From the sequence record LR756502.1: 64,000 nucleotides of DNA; one strand, written 5' to 3'. This document shows, one piece after another, positions 18,045 to 27,759 of the stretch; positions within the stretch are counted from its first letter, which is position 1; each line of letters begins with the position of its first letter. Position numbers and translations under genes: made by a program. Below the pieces are notes generated by a model that was not told the origin of the DNA, searched no databases, and was given only the letters and a program-made list of their open reading frames with translations.

Positions 18045-18317
18045 TTAATAGTCATCATTTTCATCATAGTCATCATACCCATCATCATCGTCACCATCTT
18101 CGAAGTTATCTATGTAAGGAAATACATCTTCCGAGTCGAATAGTTTATTTAAATCTTCTATATCATCTTCTTCCAAATCAAGGTCTTCAATTCTAAAAAG
18201 GTCTGATCCATCCATCTCATAATCTATTTTACCATCTTCTTTAAGTTGGTCTAGCACACCAAATACTTTTTTTCTGTCTTTACATTCATCTACGCTGTAG
18301 TAATTAAATAATTCCAT
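18045..18317 (-). CDS. Highly acidic small protein
   Basis: D/E-rich, with a DDDDGYDDYDE tail. Confidence 0.75.
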   Translation of the reverse strand: MELFNYYSVDECKDRKKVFGVLDQLKEDGKIDYEMDGSDLFRIEDLDLEEDDIEDLNKLFDSEDVFPYIDNFEDGDDDDGYDDYDENDDY

Positions 18318-18326
18318 AATTTATTA

Positions 18327-19061
18327 TTAGTTTTTGTTTAGTATTTTAGATATTTCTGTCTCTGGTAACCTTGGTGATTCCTTTTCATCCTTGAACTGAC
18401 TAACTATGCTAAAGTTTTCATCATCAAGTATAGAAATATTCATAATGTATCCATCACATTTCACCTCTAGATTGTTATCAGATATTGATATTGGTATTAT
18501 TTCCTTTTCTGGATTAAGATCAAAGTTACTAATATTTTTTAAAAAGTTCCAATTTTCGTTTTTATAGTATTCTATCTTTAAAAGTTTTATGAATTTTGAC
18601 TTCTTATTGATAACAACATTCTTAGGTACTCCAAATACATCTTTCCATTTGAATCCAATTGTTATATGTAAATCTATTTTAGGTAATTCATATCTACTTC
18701 TTACTGCATTTAGCTTATCACTATTACAAACTATAAAGTATGTGCGGTTACCATTTCTCTCAGCTGTGCCAACTCCCATCATTTTAAGATCATCAATATC
18801 ATATTTTAGTATTTGGTCAATAGAATTAACTAGCTTATCAACACCTATCTTAGATAGTGCATTATATTCCATTACATTTATTGTTGTGATGTGATATGAT
18901 CCGTGGTCTCTTTCCTTTTGATTCTTTGTGTATAGTTCAAAGTCATCTCCTATTATATCTTTTAGTTCATTTAAAAATGGTTCAACAGCACCAGTTGGTA
19001 TGTTTATACCAATGTAGTTACTCCCCGTGATGTCTTTTAAGTAAGTTAAATAATATATCAT
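18327..19061 (-). CDS. 2H phosphoesterase family protein
   Basis: Two HxT motifs: YHITT and LHITIG. Confidence 0.75.
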   Translation of the reverse strand: MIYYLTYLKDITGSNYIGINIPTGAVEPFLNELKDIIGDDFELYTKNQKERDHGSYHITTINVMEYNALSKIGVDKLVNSIDQILKYDIDDLKMMGVGTAERNGNRTYFIVCNSDKLNAVRSRYELPKIDLHITIGFKWKDVFGVPKNVVINKKSKFIKLLKIEYYKNENWNFLKNISNFDLNPEKEIIPISISDNNLEVKCDGYIMNISILDDENFSIVSQFKDEKESPRLPETEISKILNKN

Positions 19062-19079
19062 AACCTATATATCAAAAAT

Positions 19080-19430
19080 TTATTTGATTTTTAGTAAAGT
19101 GATTGTTGATGTATATTTTCTGGTTATATTTGGGAATTCTTTAACATATAGAAGACATATATAAACATCTTGTTCGCAAAGACGATTTTTATATGTTCCA
19201 TCCCACGCAATATTTGAATTGGTGTGATATACTACTTCACTGTTTCTATTGTATATAAACATCTCTATTGATGTTGATCCAGTAACTACTGGATAAAATG
19301 TGTCATTTATACCATCACCATCAGGTGTGAATGCGTTTGGTATAGTTACAATACTTTTTTGTGAATATCCAATTGTGGTAACAAATAGTAAGATAGTTAT
19401 AATTACTCTTTTTAAGTTTTTAATTTCCAT
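19080..19430 (-). CDS. Signal peptide plus stand-alone gliding-motility (T9SS type B, CHU_C-like) C-terminal domain
   Basis: IPNAFTPDGDGINDTF...IYNR...WDGTY...QDVY signature. Confidence 0.85.
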   Translation of the reverse strand: MEIKNLKRVIITILLFVTTIGYSQKSIVTIPNAFTPDGDGINDTFYPVVTGSTSIEMFIYNRNSEVVYHTNSNIAWDGTYKNRLCEQDVYICLLYVKEFPNITRKYTSTITLLKIK

Positions 19431-19440
19431 TCCGTATATA

Positions 19441-20625
19441 TCAATTTATTATTAGTTGTTTAAATTTTTCTATTTCTAATCTCTTTATTTCATCACCCAA
19501 AGGCTTACCCTTTAATCCTTGATTCATTAATTCTTGAGCAGAAGTTGTTGGTCTGTATTTGACAAAAGAAATACATTCCTTACCCAAACCAGCAATTGAT
19601 ATCCACTCTTCAATAGACTCATCACTTATTCTGAATGAGTTTCTTTTTGCGTGGTACTCAGCAACCATTTCTGGTGTGAAATCTTTTAACCAAAGCATAA
19701 ATGTCACCTCACGAGCAATCGGATGTGCTGCCGTATTTGGAATATTACATTCTTGTATCAATCTATCAACCATATCTGAGAACTCAGTAACCTTCTCATC
19801 TATAAATAAATTGGATAAGTATAATATCAGTGAACTACACTTAACAATGTTATGATTTATCTTCATACCTGGAAAAATATATTCCCAAATATCAAATTTG
19901 TCAATATATTTCAAGTATAAACTAAAGTCTTTTACTTGTCCGTAAGCCTTGAAGAACTCTTCCCATATACGATTCTTTACAATAATTTTCAATTGATCCT
20001 TGTTCTTATGAACAGACTTTAATGTTCCTTCTTCAATAGTGTAATCATATCTAGCGGTAAATCTTAAAAGTCTTAGAATTCTTAAAGGATCTTCCTTAAT
20101 TCTCATATCTGGGTCACCTACAAATCTTGTTATACCGTTTCTAAGATCCTCCAGTCCATTTACTAAGTCAATAATCTTTCTTTGTTCCAAGTCATAGAAT
20201 AGAGCATTCCATGTTAAGTCACGTCTCTCAACGTCCTTCTCGATTGTGGAAAATTTAGTGGTAGGATTTCTTGATATACCTAACATATCACCATAAATAT
20301 CCTCTCTAAAAGTAGCAACCTCCATACCTAATGGTTGATCTTCTGTATAAACAACAACAACGAAGAATGATTCTCCTTGTACAGTTGTTCTCCATTTCTT
20401 ACCAATGATTGATAATACCTCATCTGGTGTGGCATCTGTGGCTAAGTCAAAATCTTTTGGCTTATCGTTGTTTAAAAAATCCCTTACAGAACCACCAACA
20501 ACGAATAGTTTTTTACCAGCTGATTTAAAAAGAGTATGTAACTCCTTAACGGACTCTGGGATTATATCCCACATATCTTTTGTTTGAATTGATTCCAAGA
20601 ATTTAGCGTATTTAGTTATTATCAT
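19441..20625 (-). CDS. cca: CCA tRNA nucleotidyltransferase / poly(A) polymerase family
   Basis: VGGSVRD, DFDLAT, RRDLTWNAL, EDPLRILRLLRF. Confidence 0.88.
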   Translation of the reverse strand: MIITKYAKFLESIQTKDMWDIIPESVKELHTLFKSAGKKLFVVGGSVRDFLNNDKPKDFDLATDATPDEVLSIIGKKWRTTVQGESFFVVVVYTEDQPLGMEVATFREDIYGDMLGISRNPTTKFSTIEKDVERRDLTWNALFYDLEQRKIIDLVNGLEDLRNGITRFVGDPDMRIKEDPLRILRLLRFTARYDYTIEEGTLKSVHKNKDQLKIIVKNRIWEEFFKAYGQVKDFSLYLKYIDKFDIWEYIFPGMKINHNIVKCSSLILYLSNLFIDEKVTEFSDMVDRLIQECNIPNTAAHPIAREVTFMLWLKDFTPEMVAEYHAKRNSFRISDESIEEWISIAGLGKECISFVKYRPTTSAQELMNQGLKGKPLGDEIKRLEIEKFKQLIIN

Positions 20626-20645
20626 GCTAATATATGGACTTTTTA

Positions 20646-21455
20646 TTATAAAATCTCTTTAAATAGGTGATTTGTTCGTGTTCTATTTACAGCTGAGGCA
20701 AAATGATCCATATCTAGTCCAAATTCACTTGACAGGCCAGATATATTACAAACCTCAGACTCTATCTGATCATGCAGTGTGCCTCCGAGACCCGTTGGGT
20801 AATCACTTCCTTTAAAAATATCAAATAGCAATTTTTTAAATCTACCAGCTGAATTTCTATCGGCTATTGTAACTCTTCCATATTCTTCATCTTGATCCAT
20901 ATCGATGCTACCGATAGTTATTTTATCACCGTCTGTACAAATTGGAAAGTATATCCAATTAGTATAGAATCCACCATAGAAATCATCAAATCCAATATTA
21001 TTTTCCTTAAACTTATTAAGGCAATTATTTAATGATTCCTCATTGACTGGTATAATACAAAGTGAGAAACTAAGATTTGTATCTATATTAGATTCTATAT
21101 CGAATGACCCATCATTGTCTTTGTATTCATGTAAATTATCTAAAAACATACTAGGCTCGAAGTTTATCTTCACATAGAATTCATCTGTTAGTATATTTAG
21201 TATATGTTGTCCATCCTTTGATTTTTTGGTTATATTAAATCTAAATTTACCATATTTTGAATAATTATTAATATTTTTTTTCCAACTACTAATGCCTTTT
21301 TCATGAGTATCTATCTTCTCTTGCTCCTCCTTCTTTATTATAAAATCATCAATATTCTTTGACCTTCTAACATGACCGAGTGCCTTAAGCTTCGTAGATG
21401 CACTTTTATATGTATATTTATTTAATTCCTCGTTAAATCTTTTTAAGTGTTTCAT
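20646..21455 (-). CDS. CTS-like protein, paralog of 21467-22240
   Basis: MKHLKRFNEEL; shared ADR.SA motif. Confidence 0.8.
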   Translation of the reverse strand: MKHLKRFNEELNKYTYKSASTKLKALGHVRRSKNIDDFIIKKEEQEKIDTHEKGISSWKKNINNYSKYGKFRFNITKKSKDGQHILNILTDEFYVKINFEPSMFLDNLHEYKDNDGSFDIESNIDTNLSFSLCIIPVNEESLNNCLNKFKENNIGFDDFYGGFYTNWIYFPICTDGDKITIGSIDMDQDEEYGRVTIADRNSAGRFKKLLFDIFKGSDYPTGLGGTLHDQIESEVCNISGLSSEFGLDMDHFASAVNRTRTNHLFKEIL

Positions 21456-21466
21456 AATTATTTATA

Positions 21467-22240
21467 TTATTCTATATATCCTGGAAAGTCACCAACATGT
21501 GTTTTATTTATGTAGTCAGCAAGATCTTTTAATTCAAATCCATAATCACCAGACATTCCAGCCTCAGCAAGTATAACACTTTCAAGATATTCATGCATAT
21601 CAGGTATGTTTGTCATTGAGCTTGGGTATCTTACCTCATTCATTAATATTGATTTTAGTAAATTTCTAACCTTCATTGCACTTCTTCTATCTGCGAATTT
21701 ACAGATACCAGTTAGATTTGGATCGTATTCATCATGACGTGATCCAGTGAACTCAATTCTACCATTTACTATTTTGATACCAAATCCAAGAAAACCAGCC
21801 CAGTATGATCCATTACCAAACTCTGCACAAGGAAGTATTTCTTCAAGCTTAGCAATTTGTTCTTCACTTGTAGGTACTATTGTGTACATAAATGGGAAAC
21901 TATTTGATACTTCAAAGTTATCTTTATCCTTTGCCTTTTGTTTCTCAAACAAAAAGTTATCCAAGAATCCAAGTTCTTCAAATATAAATTCAATATAGAA
22001 GTCGTCAGTAGTTAATACTTCACCATTTTCATCTGATATTTGTATTTTGAATGTTCCGAACTTCTTAACCTCTTCTACATTCTTTCTCCACTTTTCTAGA
22101 TTCTCTTTGTTTTCAACCTTACCACTCCATTCAGATAAAGCACTTGCTCTTTTCTGCATCCCCTTCTTAGCCAATTTACGTGAGGCGCTCATATAAGTAG
22201 ATGAGTCTAATTCCTCGTTAAATCTTTTTAAGTGTTTCAT
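21467..22240 (-). CDS. CTS-like protein, paralog of 20646-21455
   Basis: First 33 nt identical to the paralog; TAATATATAA at 22245-22254. Confidence 0.8.
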   Translation of the reverse strand: MKHLKRFNEELDSSTYMSASRKLAKKGMQKRASALSEWSGKVENKENLEKWRKNVEEVKKFGTFKIQISDENGEVLTTDDFYIEFIFEELGFLDNFLFEKQKAKDKDNFEVSNSFPFMYTIVPTSEEQIAKLEEILPCAEFGNGSYWAGFLGFGIKIVNGRIEFTGSRHDEYDPNLTGICKFADRRSAMKVRNLLKSILMNEVRYPSSMTNIPDMHEYLESVILAEAGMSGDYGFELKDLADYINKTHVGDFPGYIE

Positions 22241-22273
22241 GTCTTTATATATTAAAAAAATAATATATAACTG

Positions 22274-22513
22274 ATGAAATGGATAAAATTATTTGAGGAC
22301 TTTAAGGTTAAAAATATAACACAGGAAGATATTATAAATTGTATAAAAAAGGGTGGAGTTATATATGCGACAATTATTAAGAATCTACCTGATAATGATC
22401 CAAAAGAACCATTGAAACCAGTAAGTATAGATGAGGATGGTCTTGTAACAATTGAGTATGGTGGTAGAGAATACGAAATAGATATTAAAGATGTTGAAAA
22501 AGTTGAAGACTAA
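22274..22513 (+). CDS. Small CTS-like protein
   Basis: MKWIKLFEDF; TAATATATAA at 22261. Confidence 0.75.
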   Translation: MKWIKLFEDFKVKNITQEDIINCIKKGGVIYATIIKNLPDNDPKEPLKPVSIDEDGLVTIEYGGREYEIDIKDVEKVED

Positions 22514-23894
22514 ATATATTGATTTCATAAGTGAGTCATTATATACAAAGGACATTGATTTACTATTAAAGGATATTTCAAAAAATAGTCCAGTTGCTTC
22601 ACTATTGTCTTTTCTTTCACATAGCGATATATACAAGGATGAGAATACGGTTAACTTCTTGTCGTTATCTAATACGATTAATACACTTAATTATATCCCA
22701 ACTAATAGAAGGGGTTTAACTAACAATACAATCTGGGACTCTACTGGTCTGGTTGAGATGAGAATAGGTAGGGTTGTTAAGAAGATACTATCAGATATTG
22801 ATAAGTCTAAATTTACCTTTACCTACAAGGGTAAGATTTCATATGAAAATGGCACCTTTTGGAATGGCCGTATTTCGAGTCCTGTAATATCATTCTCAAA
22901 TAATTTAACCGGTGATGATTTTGCAAAAATGATTGAATCTGATGATAATCCTCCAATATCTAACGATGCTGTTGGTGTGAATACATATGTTAATATTAAA
23001 TTAACTGGTGAGAATGTACTATCTGATGATGGATTTATAAAAACTCCGAATAGGTCATATAACTTAAAAATAGATAAATTCTATGATATGTGTTATAAAA
23101 ATACTTGGTCTAGTTCTGATGTGTATTTTAAAATGACTTTATCTGATAAGCTAGAAATAGATGACGGTGTTTACGAATGTGAGTTGGTATTTTCAACAAA
23201 ATTCTGCGGAAAGGAAATAGATGAGATTAATGATGCTGAGATTGAAAAGTTTGTTAATACTATGTCTGCTGAGATAAAAATGCTTAGGTCTAGCGATGAC
23301 TCTAAAATAGAAGTTGTTAATGGTGAAGATATTAGAAAGTGGTATAATTCCGAAAACTACCAATCTAAGTACGGCCAACTTGGATCCTCTTGTATGTCAT
23401 ATGCAGATTGTCAAAATTTCTTTGATATTTATACCAATAATCCCGATGTTATATCACTCTTAATTCTTAAAAATACAGAAGGTAAGTTGATTGGTAGAGC
23501 ATTACTTTGGAAGCTAATTGGTGGTGAGTTTTTCATGGATAGAGTATATTGTGCGACTGAGTATGATGAGATAATATTTACTAAGTACGCTAAAGAAAAT
23601 GGGTATTATTACCGCAAAAATGGTGGTAACTCTGATATAAAGTTCTTATTTAATGATGTTGATGTTTCTGAGACTTTTAGTTCAAAGTTAATTGCTAACC
23701 TATCAACTGGTGGTGTGGACTTTGATTATTATCCATATCTTGATACATTGAAAAGGTTGGATCTTAATAAGAAAATGCTTTTCTATAGAGGTAATACTAA
23801 TCTTCGTGAAGATAAAGAGCTTACCGATACCGAGGGTAGATGGGCTAATTATGATGATGGTGATGATTATAACGACTATGACGATGACTATTAG
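22491..23894 (+). CDS. Phage protein with an SCM...GRALLW...MDRVY domain (PcfJ/GNAT-related, tentative) and an acidic tail
   Basis: 467 aa; KTKYIDFISE N-terminus; motif recognised from large-phage proteins. Confidence 0.6.
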   Translation: MLKKLKTKYIDFISESLYTKDIDLLLKDISKNSPVASLLSFLSHSDIYKDENTVNFLSLSNTINTLNYIPTNRRGLTNNTIWDSTGLVEMRIGRVVKKILSDIDKSKFTFTYKGKISYENGTFWNGRISSPVISFSNNLTGDDFAKMIESDDNPPISNDAVGVNTYVNIKLTGENVLSDDGFIKTPNRSYNLKIDKFYDMCYKNTWSSSDVYFKMTLSDKLEIDDGVYECELVFSTKFCGKEIDEINDAEIEKFVNTMSAEIKMLRSSDDSKIEVVNGEDIRKWYNSENYQSKYGQLGSSCMSYADCQNFFDIYTNNPDVISLLILKNTEGKLIGRALLWKLIGGEFFMDRVYCATEYDEIIFTKYAKENGYYYRKNGGNSDIKFLFNDVDVSETFSSKLIANLSTGGVDFDYYPYLDTLKRLDLNKKMLFYRGNTNLREDKELTDTEGRWANYDDGDDYNDYDDDY

Positions 23895-23925
23895 GCCCAT
23901 AGTGGATGACCATCTTTAAAATAGA

Positions 23926-23953
23926 AAAGACCCAGTAATTCTACTGGGTCTTT
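23926..23953. terminator. Bidirectional terminator
   Basis: AAAGACCCAGTA/TACTGGGTCTTT between convergent genes. Confidence 0.8.
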
Positions 23954-23973
23954 GTTTTATTTTTACAAACAGT

Positions 23974-25434
23974 TTACTCTGTTTTCTCGACCATAATTTG
24001 CTTAACCTTGCCATTTGATTTAGTAATTGGTACCTTAACTCCAATTGAAATCATAAGAACTCTCCCCTTTATCTTAGATAAGTCAAGCGAATCGCAATAT
24101 CCGTCAGTGAGGACAACAGTATTGAAATCATTAAACTGGTCAGCTACTAGGTTAATAGCTGGTTGAAGAATGGTACCACCCAACCCCTTAATTGGAATAG
24201 TCTCAAGCTTACGTTTGCTTTTGATTCGTTGAATCCACTTAACCTCTGTATCAGCTTCGATTAAGTTTACCTCAATGTCATTTCGGTAAATGTATGACAA
24301 TACCTTTTCAAAAGTACCACCCATTGAACCAGATGTATCAAGAATAGCGTTAATGGTGGTCTTAACCTTTCGGTTACCTTTAAGGCCAGAAATCTGTCTA
24401 CGATTTGGTTTAACAATAGTTTTCTGTTTTATAGTACCAAAAATCATATTTGATACTGCTCGTTTTATTTCACGTAGGTAATCTTTACGCTTCTTACGAA
24501 GTTTGTTGATGGTTGTCTCAACATTACCAGCGGATAGACCACGAGCGGCTAAACGCTCCATAACGTCTTTAACCATAGCTTCACGCATTTCTTCGGGAAC
24601 TTCATCACCGATGTGCTTATCCATGTATTCACCAGTTCCATTCTCTATGTCTTGAAAGATTTGCTCTTTTGACCAAGTATCCATAGACTCACCATCTTTA
24701 GATGGATTTTTACCATAAGGTCCGTATGATGGTTTACCACTTGAGTCATTAGCTCCTTCATTGCCTGTACCTTGACAATCTGGACAAGGATCCCCTTTAC
24801 CTTCTCCTTTACCCTCGCCTTTACCTGGTTTGTCTCCAGGTTTGTCTCCAGGTTGGCCTTCGCCTTTACCATCTTTTGGTTGACCTTTATCGTCTTTCTT
24901 ACCAGACCCATTACAAGACTTACATTGTTTATTCTGCTTGTTTTGCTTATCCCACTTCTCTTTCTCGTCCTTCAACCACTCATAAAGCTCCTCGAAGATT
25001 AGCTTACCTGTGTAGTCTTTTGGAATGAATAGTGCCATATTCTTACCATTTTTATCCTTAGGAATTTCAACAAATAAATGCGGAATATCCTCCCAAATAA
25101 CATGGTTGATAATCATGTCTTGTGCGATGTTAGACATTTTATGGTCATACTGACCACTAACAGTACGTTTTGGGTGATTGAATAGTAAGTGGAAATCCTC
25201 GTGAAGAGTGATAAAGTTTACTTCCTTCTGAGACATGTCAGCAAGGAATGTTGGTGAGTAGAAGAAATTCATACCCTTTGCAGTTACGTTAACTCCACAA
25301 GTTCCAATTGAGTCTTGCTCGTGGAAGTTTATATGAAGATTAAATTCTCCATAGTATGGGAGATTAACCTTCGTATCAATTAACATCGTCTGAATACCAT
25401 TAAGTAATTTTTCGTGTACGTTCTTAACAATCAT
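23974..25434 (-). CDS. Putative metallopeptidase (HExxH) plus VWA-like domain protein (DUF2201-like) with a Zn-finger/G-rich insert
   Basis: LHEDFH, NIAQDMIIN, ILDTSGSM MIDAS motif, GGT, VLTDGY; CKSCNGSG and CPDCQGTG. Confidence 0.8.
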   Translation of the reverse strand: MIVKNVHEKLLNGIQTMLIDTKVNLPYYGEFNLHINFHEQDSIGTCGVNVTAKGMNFFYSPTFLADMSQKEVNFITLHEDFHLLFNHPKRTVSGQYDHKMSNIAQDMIINHVIWEDIPHLFVEIPKDKNGKNMALFIPKDYTGKLIFEELYEWLKDEKEKWDKQNKQNKQCKSCNGSGKKDDKGQPKDGKGEGQPGDKPGDKPGKGEGKGEGKGDPCPDCQGTGNEGANDSSGKPSYGPYGKNPSKDGESMDTWSKEQIFQDIENGTGEYMDKHIGDEVPEEMREAMVKDVMERLAARGLSAGNVETTINKLRKKRKDYLREIKRAVSNMIFGTIKQKTIVKPNRRQISGLKGNRKVKTTINAILDTSGSMGGTFEKVLSYIYRNDIEVNLIEADTEVKWIQRIKSKRKLETIPIKGLGGTILQPAINLVADQFNDFNTVVLTDGYCDSLDLSKIKGRVLMISIGVKVPITKSNGKVKQIMVEKTE

Positions 25435-25564
25435 GTTATATATATTAAGTATTTATTATATGTTTTACAAATATACATAAAAAAGTTTAATCTACAAAAT
25501 TTATCTATTTCCCTTAATAGGGAGAGATTAACTTTTAATATATAAAACAAATATAACAATAATT

Positions 25565-27244
25565 ATGATATTGGACAAGCAAATTAAAATAAAAATAACA
25601 AAGAAAAATATAGACCACTACTCAACTAATTATGATAGTATAAATTTAAAAGACATTATCTTGGTTAGTGCATCACATCTACAACCAAGTAGCAATATAA
25701 AAATTAATGTTTCCTGTGATATTTGTGATATACACAGATATATAAAATATCAGGCATATAATAAAAATATAAACTCTTGTAAGGAGTATCCAATTTACAC
25801 CTGTGATAAGTGTTCACATATTAAATTAAAATCCTACAATAGGGAGCATTATGGTGTTGAATATTATTCAAAAACTAATGAGTATAAGGAAAAAGTACTC
25901 ACCACTAATAAAGATAAGTATGGAGCAGATCATTATTCAAAGACAATTGAATATAAAGAAAGGGTAGCGAGGACAAATTTGGAAAAATTTGGAGTTGAGA
26001 ATCCATTTATGGATAAGGAAAGGATAAAGAAGATTTTTAATGACAAGTATGGAGTAGATCACCCATCACAAGTTGAGGAGTTTAGAGAAAAGATAGACAA
26101 AACGAATCTTGAGAGGTATGGTCTTAAAAGTCCACTTGGATCAATACCTATAAGAGAAAAGATAGACAGAACAAATGACATAAGATATGGTGGACATCCA
26201 ATGAAAAATGATGAGGTTCGATATATTAATTCTATAATTGCTAGAGATAAAGATTGTGTATCATATGATGGTGATAATATATCAACATTTAAGTGTGATG
26301 CTGGTCATACCTTTAAAATATCATCTGAGACTTATCACAACAGAATTAGAGGATATCTACCACTATGTACAATATGCTACCCAATTGGTGAGAATGTATC
26401 AATAAAAGAAATAGAACTTCTAAAGTTTGTAGAATCTATATATCATGATAATGTAATTAAATCATATAGAGATGGATTGGAAATCGATATCTATCTACCA
26501 GATCTAAAAATCGGATTTGAATTTAACGGGTTGTATTGGCATTCTAGTCAATATAAAGGCAAGAATTATCACATAGATAAGACTAAATATTTTGCTGACA
26601 GAGGTATCCGAATAATACATATATGGGAAGATGATTGGTCATTAAAAAGTGATATCATTAAAAGTCAGATAAGTAACTGGGTCGGAGAGTCTGAAAATAA
26701 AATATACGCTAGAAAGTGTGAAATAAGAGAAATATCAGATAAAAAACAAGTAAGAGAATTCCTAAATGAGAACCACATACAAGGGTATACCAATAGTGTT
26801 AAAAGGATAGGATTATTTCATAATAATGTATTAGTAAGCCTTATGACATTTGATAAATTTGAAGGAAGGAAAAAAATGGGAGAAAGTGAATGGAATTTGA
26901 ATAGATTTTGTAATAAAATAAATACATCTGTTATTGGTGGTGCTAGTAGGTTATTTAGATATTTCATGAACTCTGAATTACCGGAAAGAATAGTTAGTTA
27001 TGCTGATATGGATTGGTCAATTGGTGGTATATATGATACATTGGGATTTTCCAAAATATCAGAATCTAAACCAGATTATAAATATATTATTGATAATAAG
27101 AGAGTGCATAAATCAGGGTATAGAAAGTCAAAATTAAATACAAATCTTTCTGAGTCAAAATTTATGGAGTCAATTGGAGTAAATAAAATCTATGATTGTG
27201 GTAAAATTAAATTTGAAATTAGACAAAATAAAAAATCCTCTTAA
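25565..27244 (+). CDS. Putative homing endonuclease (Hef/Vsr-like PD-(D/E)xK) with KYGV repeats
   Basis: Repeated EKYGVxxP units; EIDIYLPDLKIGFEFNGLYWHS; IIHIWEDDW. Confidence 0.75.
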   Translation: MILDKQIKIKITKKNIDHYSTNYDSINLKDIILVSASHLQPSSNIKINVSCDICDIHRYIKYQAYNKNINSCKEYPIYTCDKCSHIKLKSYNREHYGVEYYSKTNEYKEKVLTTNKDKYGADHYSKTIEYKERVARTNLEKFGVENPFMDKERIKKIFNDKYGVDHPSQVEEFREKIDKTNLERYGLKSPLGSIPIREKIDRTNDIRYGGHPMKNDEVRYINSIIARDKDCVSYDGDNISTFKCDAGHTFKISSETYHNRIRGYLPLCTICYPIGENVSIKEIELLKFVESIYHDNVIKSYRDGLEIDIYLPDLKIGFEFNGLYWHSSQYKGKNYHIDKTKYFADRGIRIIHIWEDDWSLKSDIIKSQISNWVGESENKIYARKCEIREISDKKQVREFLNENHIQGYTNSVKRIGLFHNNVLVSLMTFDKFEGRKKMGESEWNLNRFCNKINTSVIGGASRLFRYFMNSELPERIVSYADMDWSIGGIYDTLGFSKISESKPDYKYIIDNKRVHKSGYRKSKLNTNLSESKFMESIGVNKIYDCGKIKFEIRQNKKSS

Positions 27245-27258
27245 CTAAGAGGATTTTT
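27231..27258. terminator. Bidirectional terminator
   Basis: AAAAATCCTCTTA/TAAGAGGATTTTT. Confidence 0.8.
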
Positions 27259-27750
27259 GTTTTGTCTGGTTCTGTTTATGTTCAAGATACTTCTCCTCTG
27301 TCTATTTATCTCTCTAGTTTGTTCGTTTAATAATCTATCTAAATCATCACCTATCATAGACCTCTTAGCACTTTCTGTTTCTCTCATCCTTCTACCCAAT
27401 TCTACATCAAAGTAGTCACAAACATCACTAGAATGCTTTATTGGTATGTGTATCTCAAATACGCTTTTCCTTTCAATTGTTATATCCATTATGGTCATAA
27501 TGAAGTCATTACTACCACTTGGTTTGAATATTAGGAAAAGATTACCCTTTTCCAATTGTCTTATACCCATACTATTATATGCTAGTTTGGTATCTTTATC
27601 CCTTAGACAGAGTTTCCATAGTCTGATAGCCTTCTCTTCAAATTGAGTTAGTTTATTGCCCTCTGGGCCTATCTTACTATCGATTCTAGCTCTCCATCTT
27701 CGCCACTTTATAATGAATCTCTTTAGTCTATAATTTAGTTTATATGACAT
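27241..27750 (-). CDS. Hypothetical basic protein
   Basis: 169-aa ORF. Confidence 0.75.
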   Translation of the reverse strand: MSYKLNYRLKRFIIKWRRWRARIDSKIGPEGNKLTQFEEKAIRLWKLCLRDKDTKLAYNSMGIRQLEKGNLFLIFKPSGSNDFIMTIMDITIERKSVFEIHIPIKHSSDVCDYFDVELGRRMRETESAKRSMIGDDLDRLLNEQTREINRQRRSILNINRTRQNKNPLS

Positions 27751-27759
27751 CTAGGTAAA

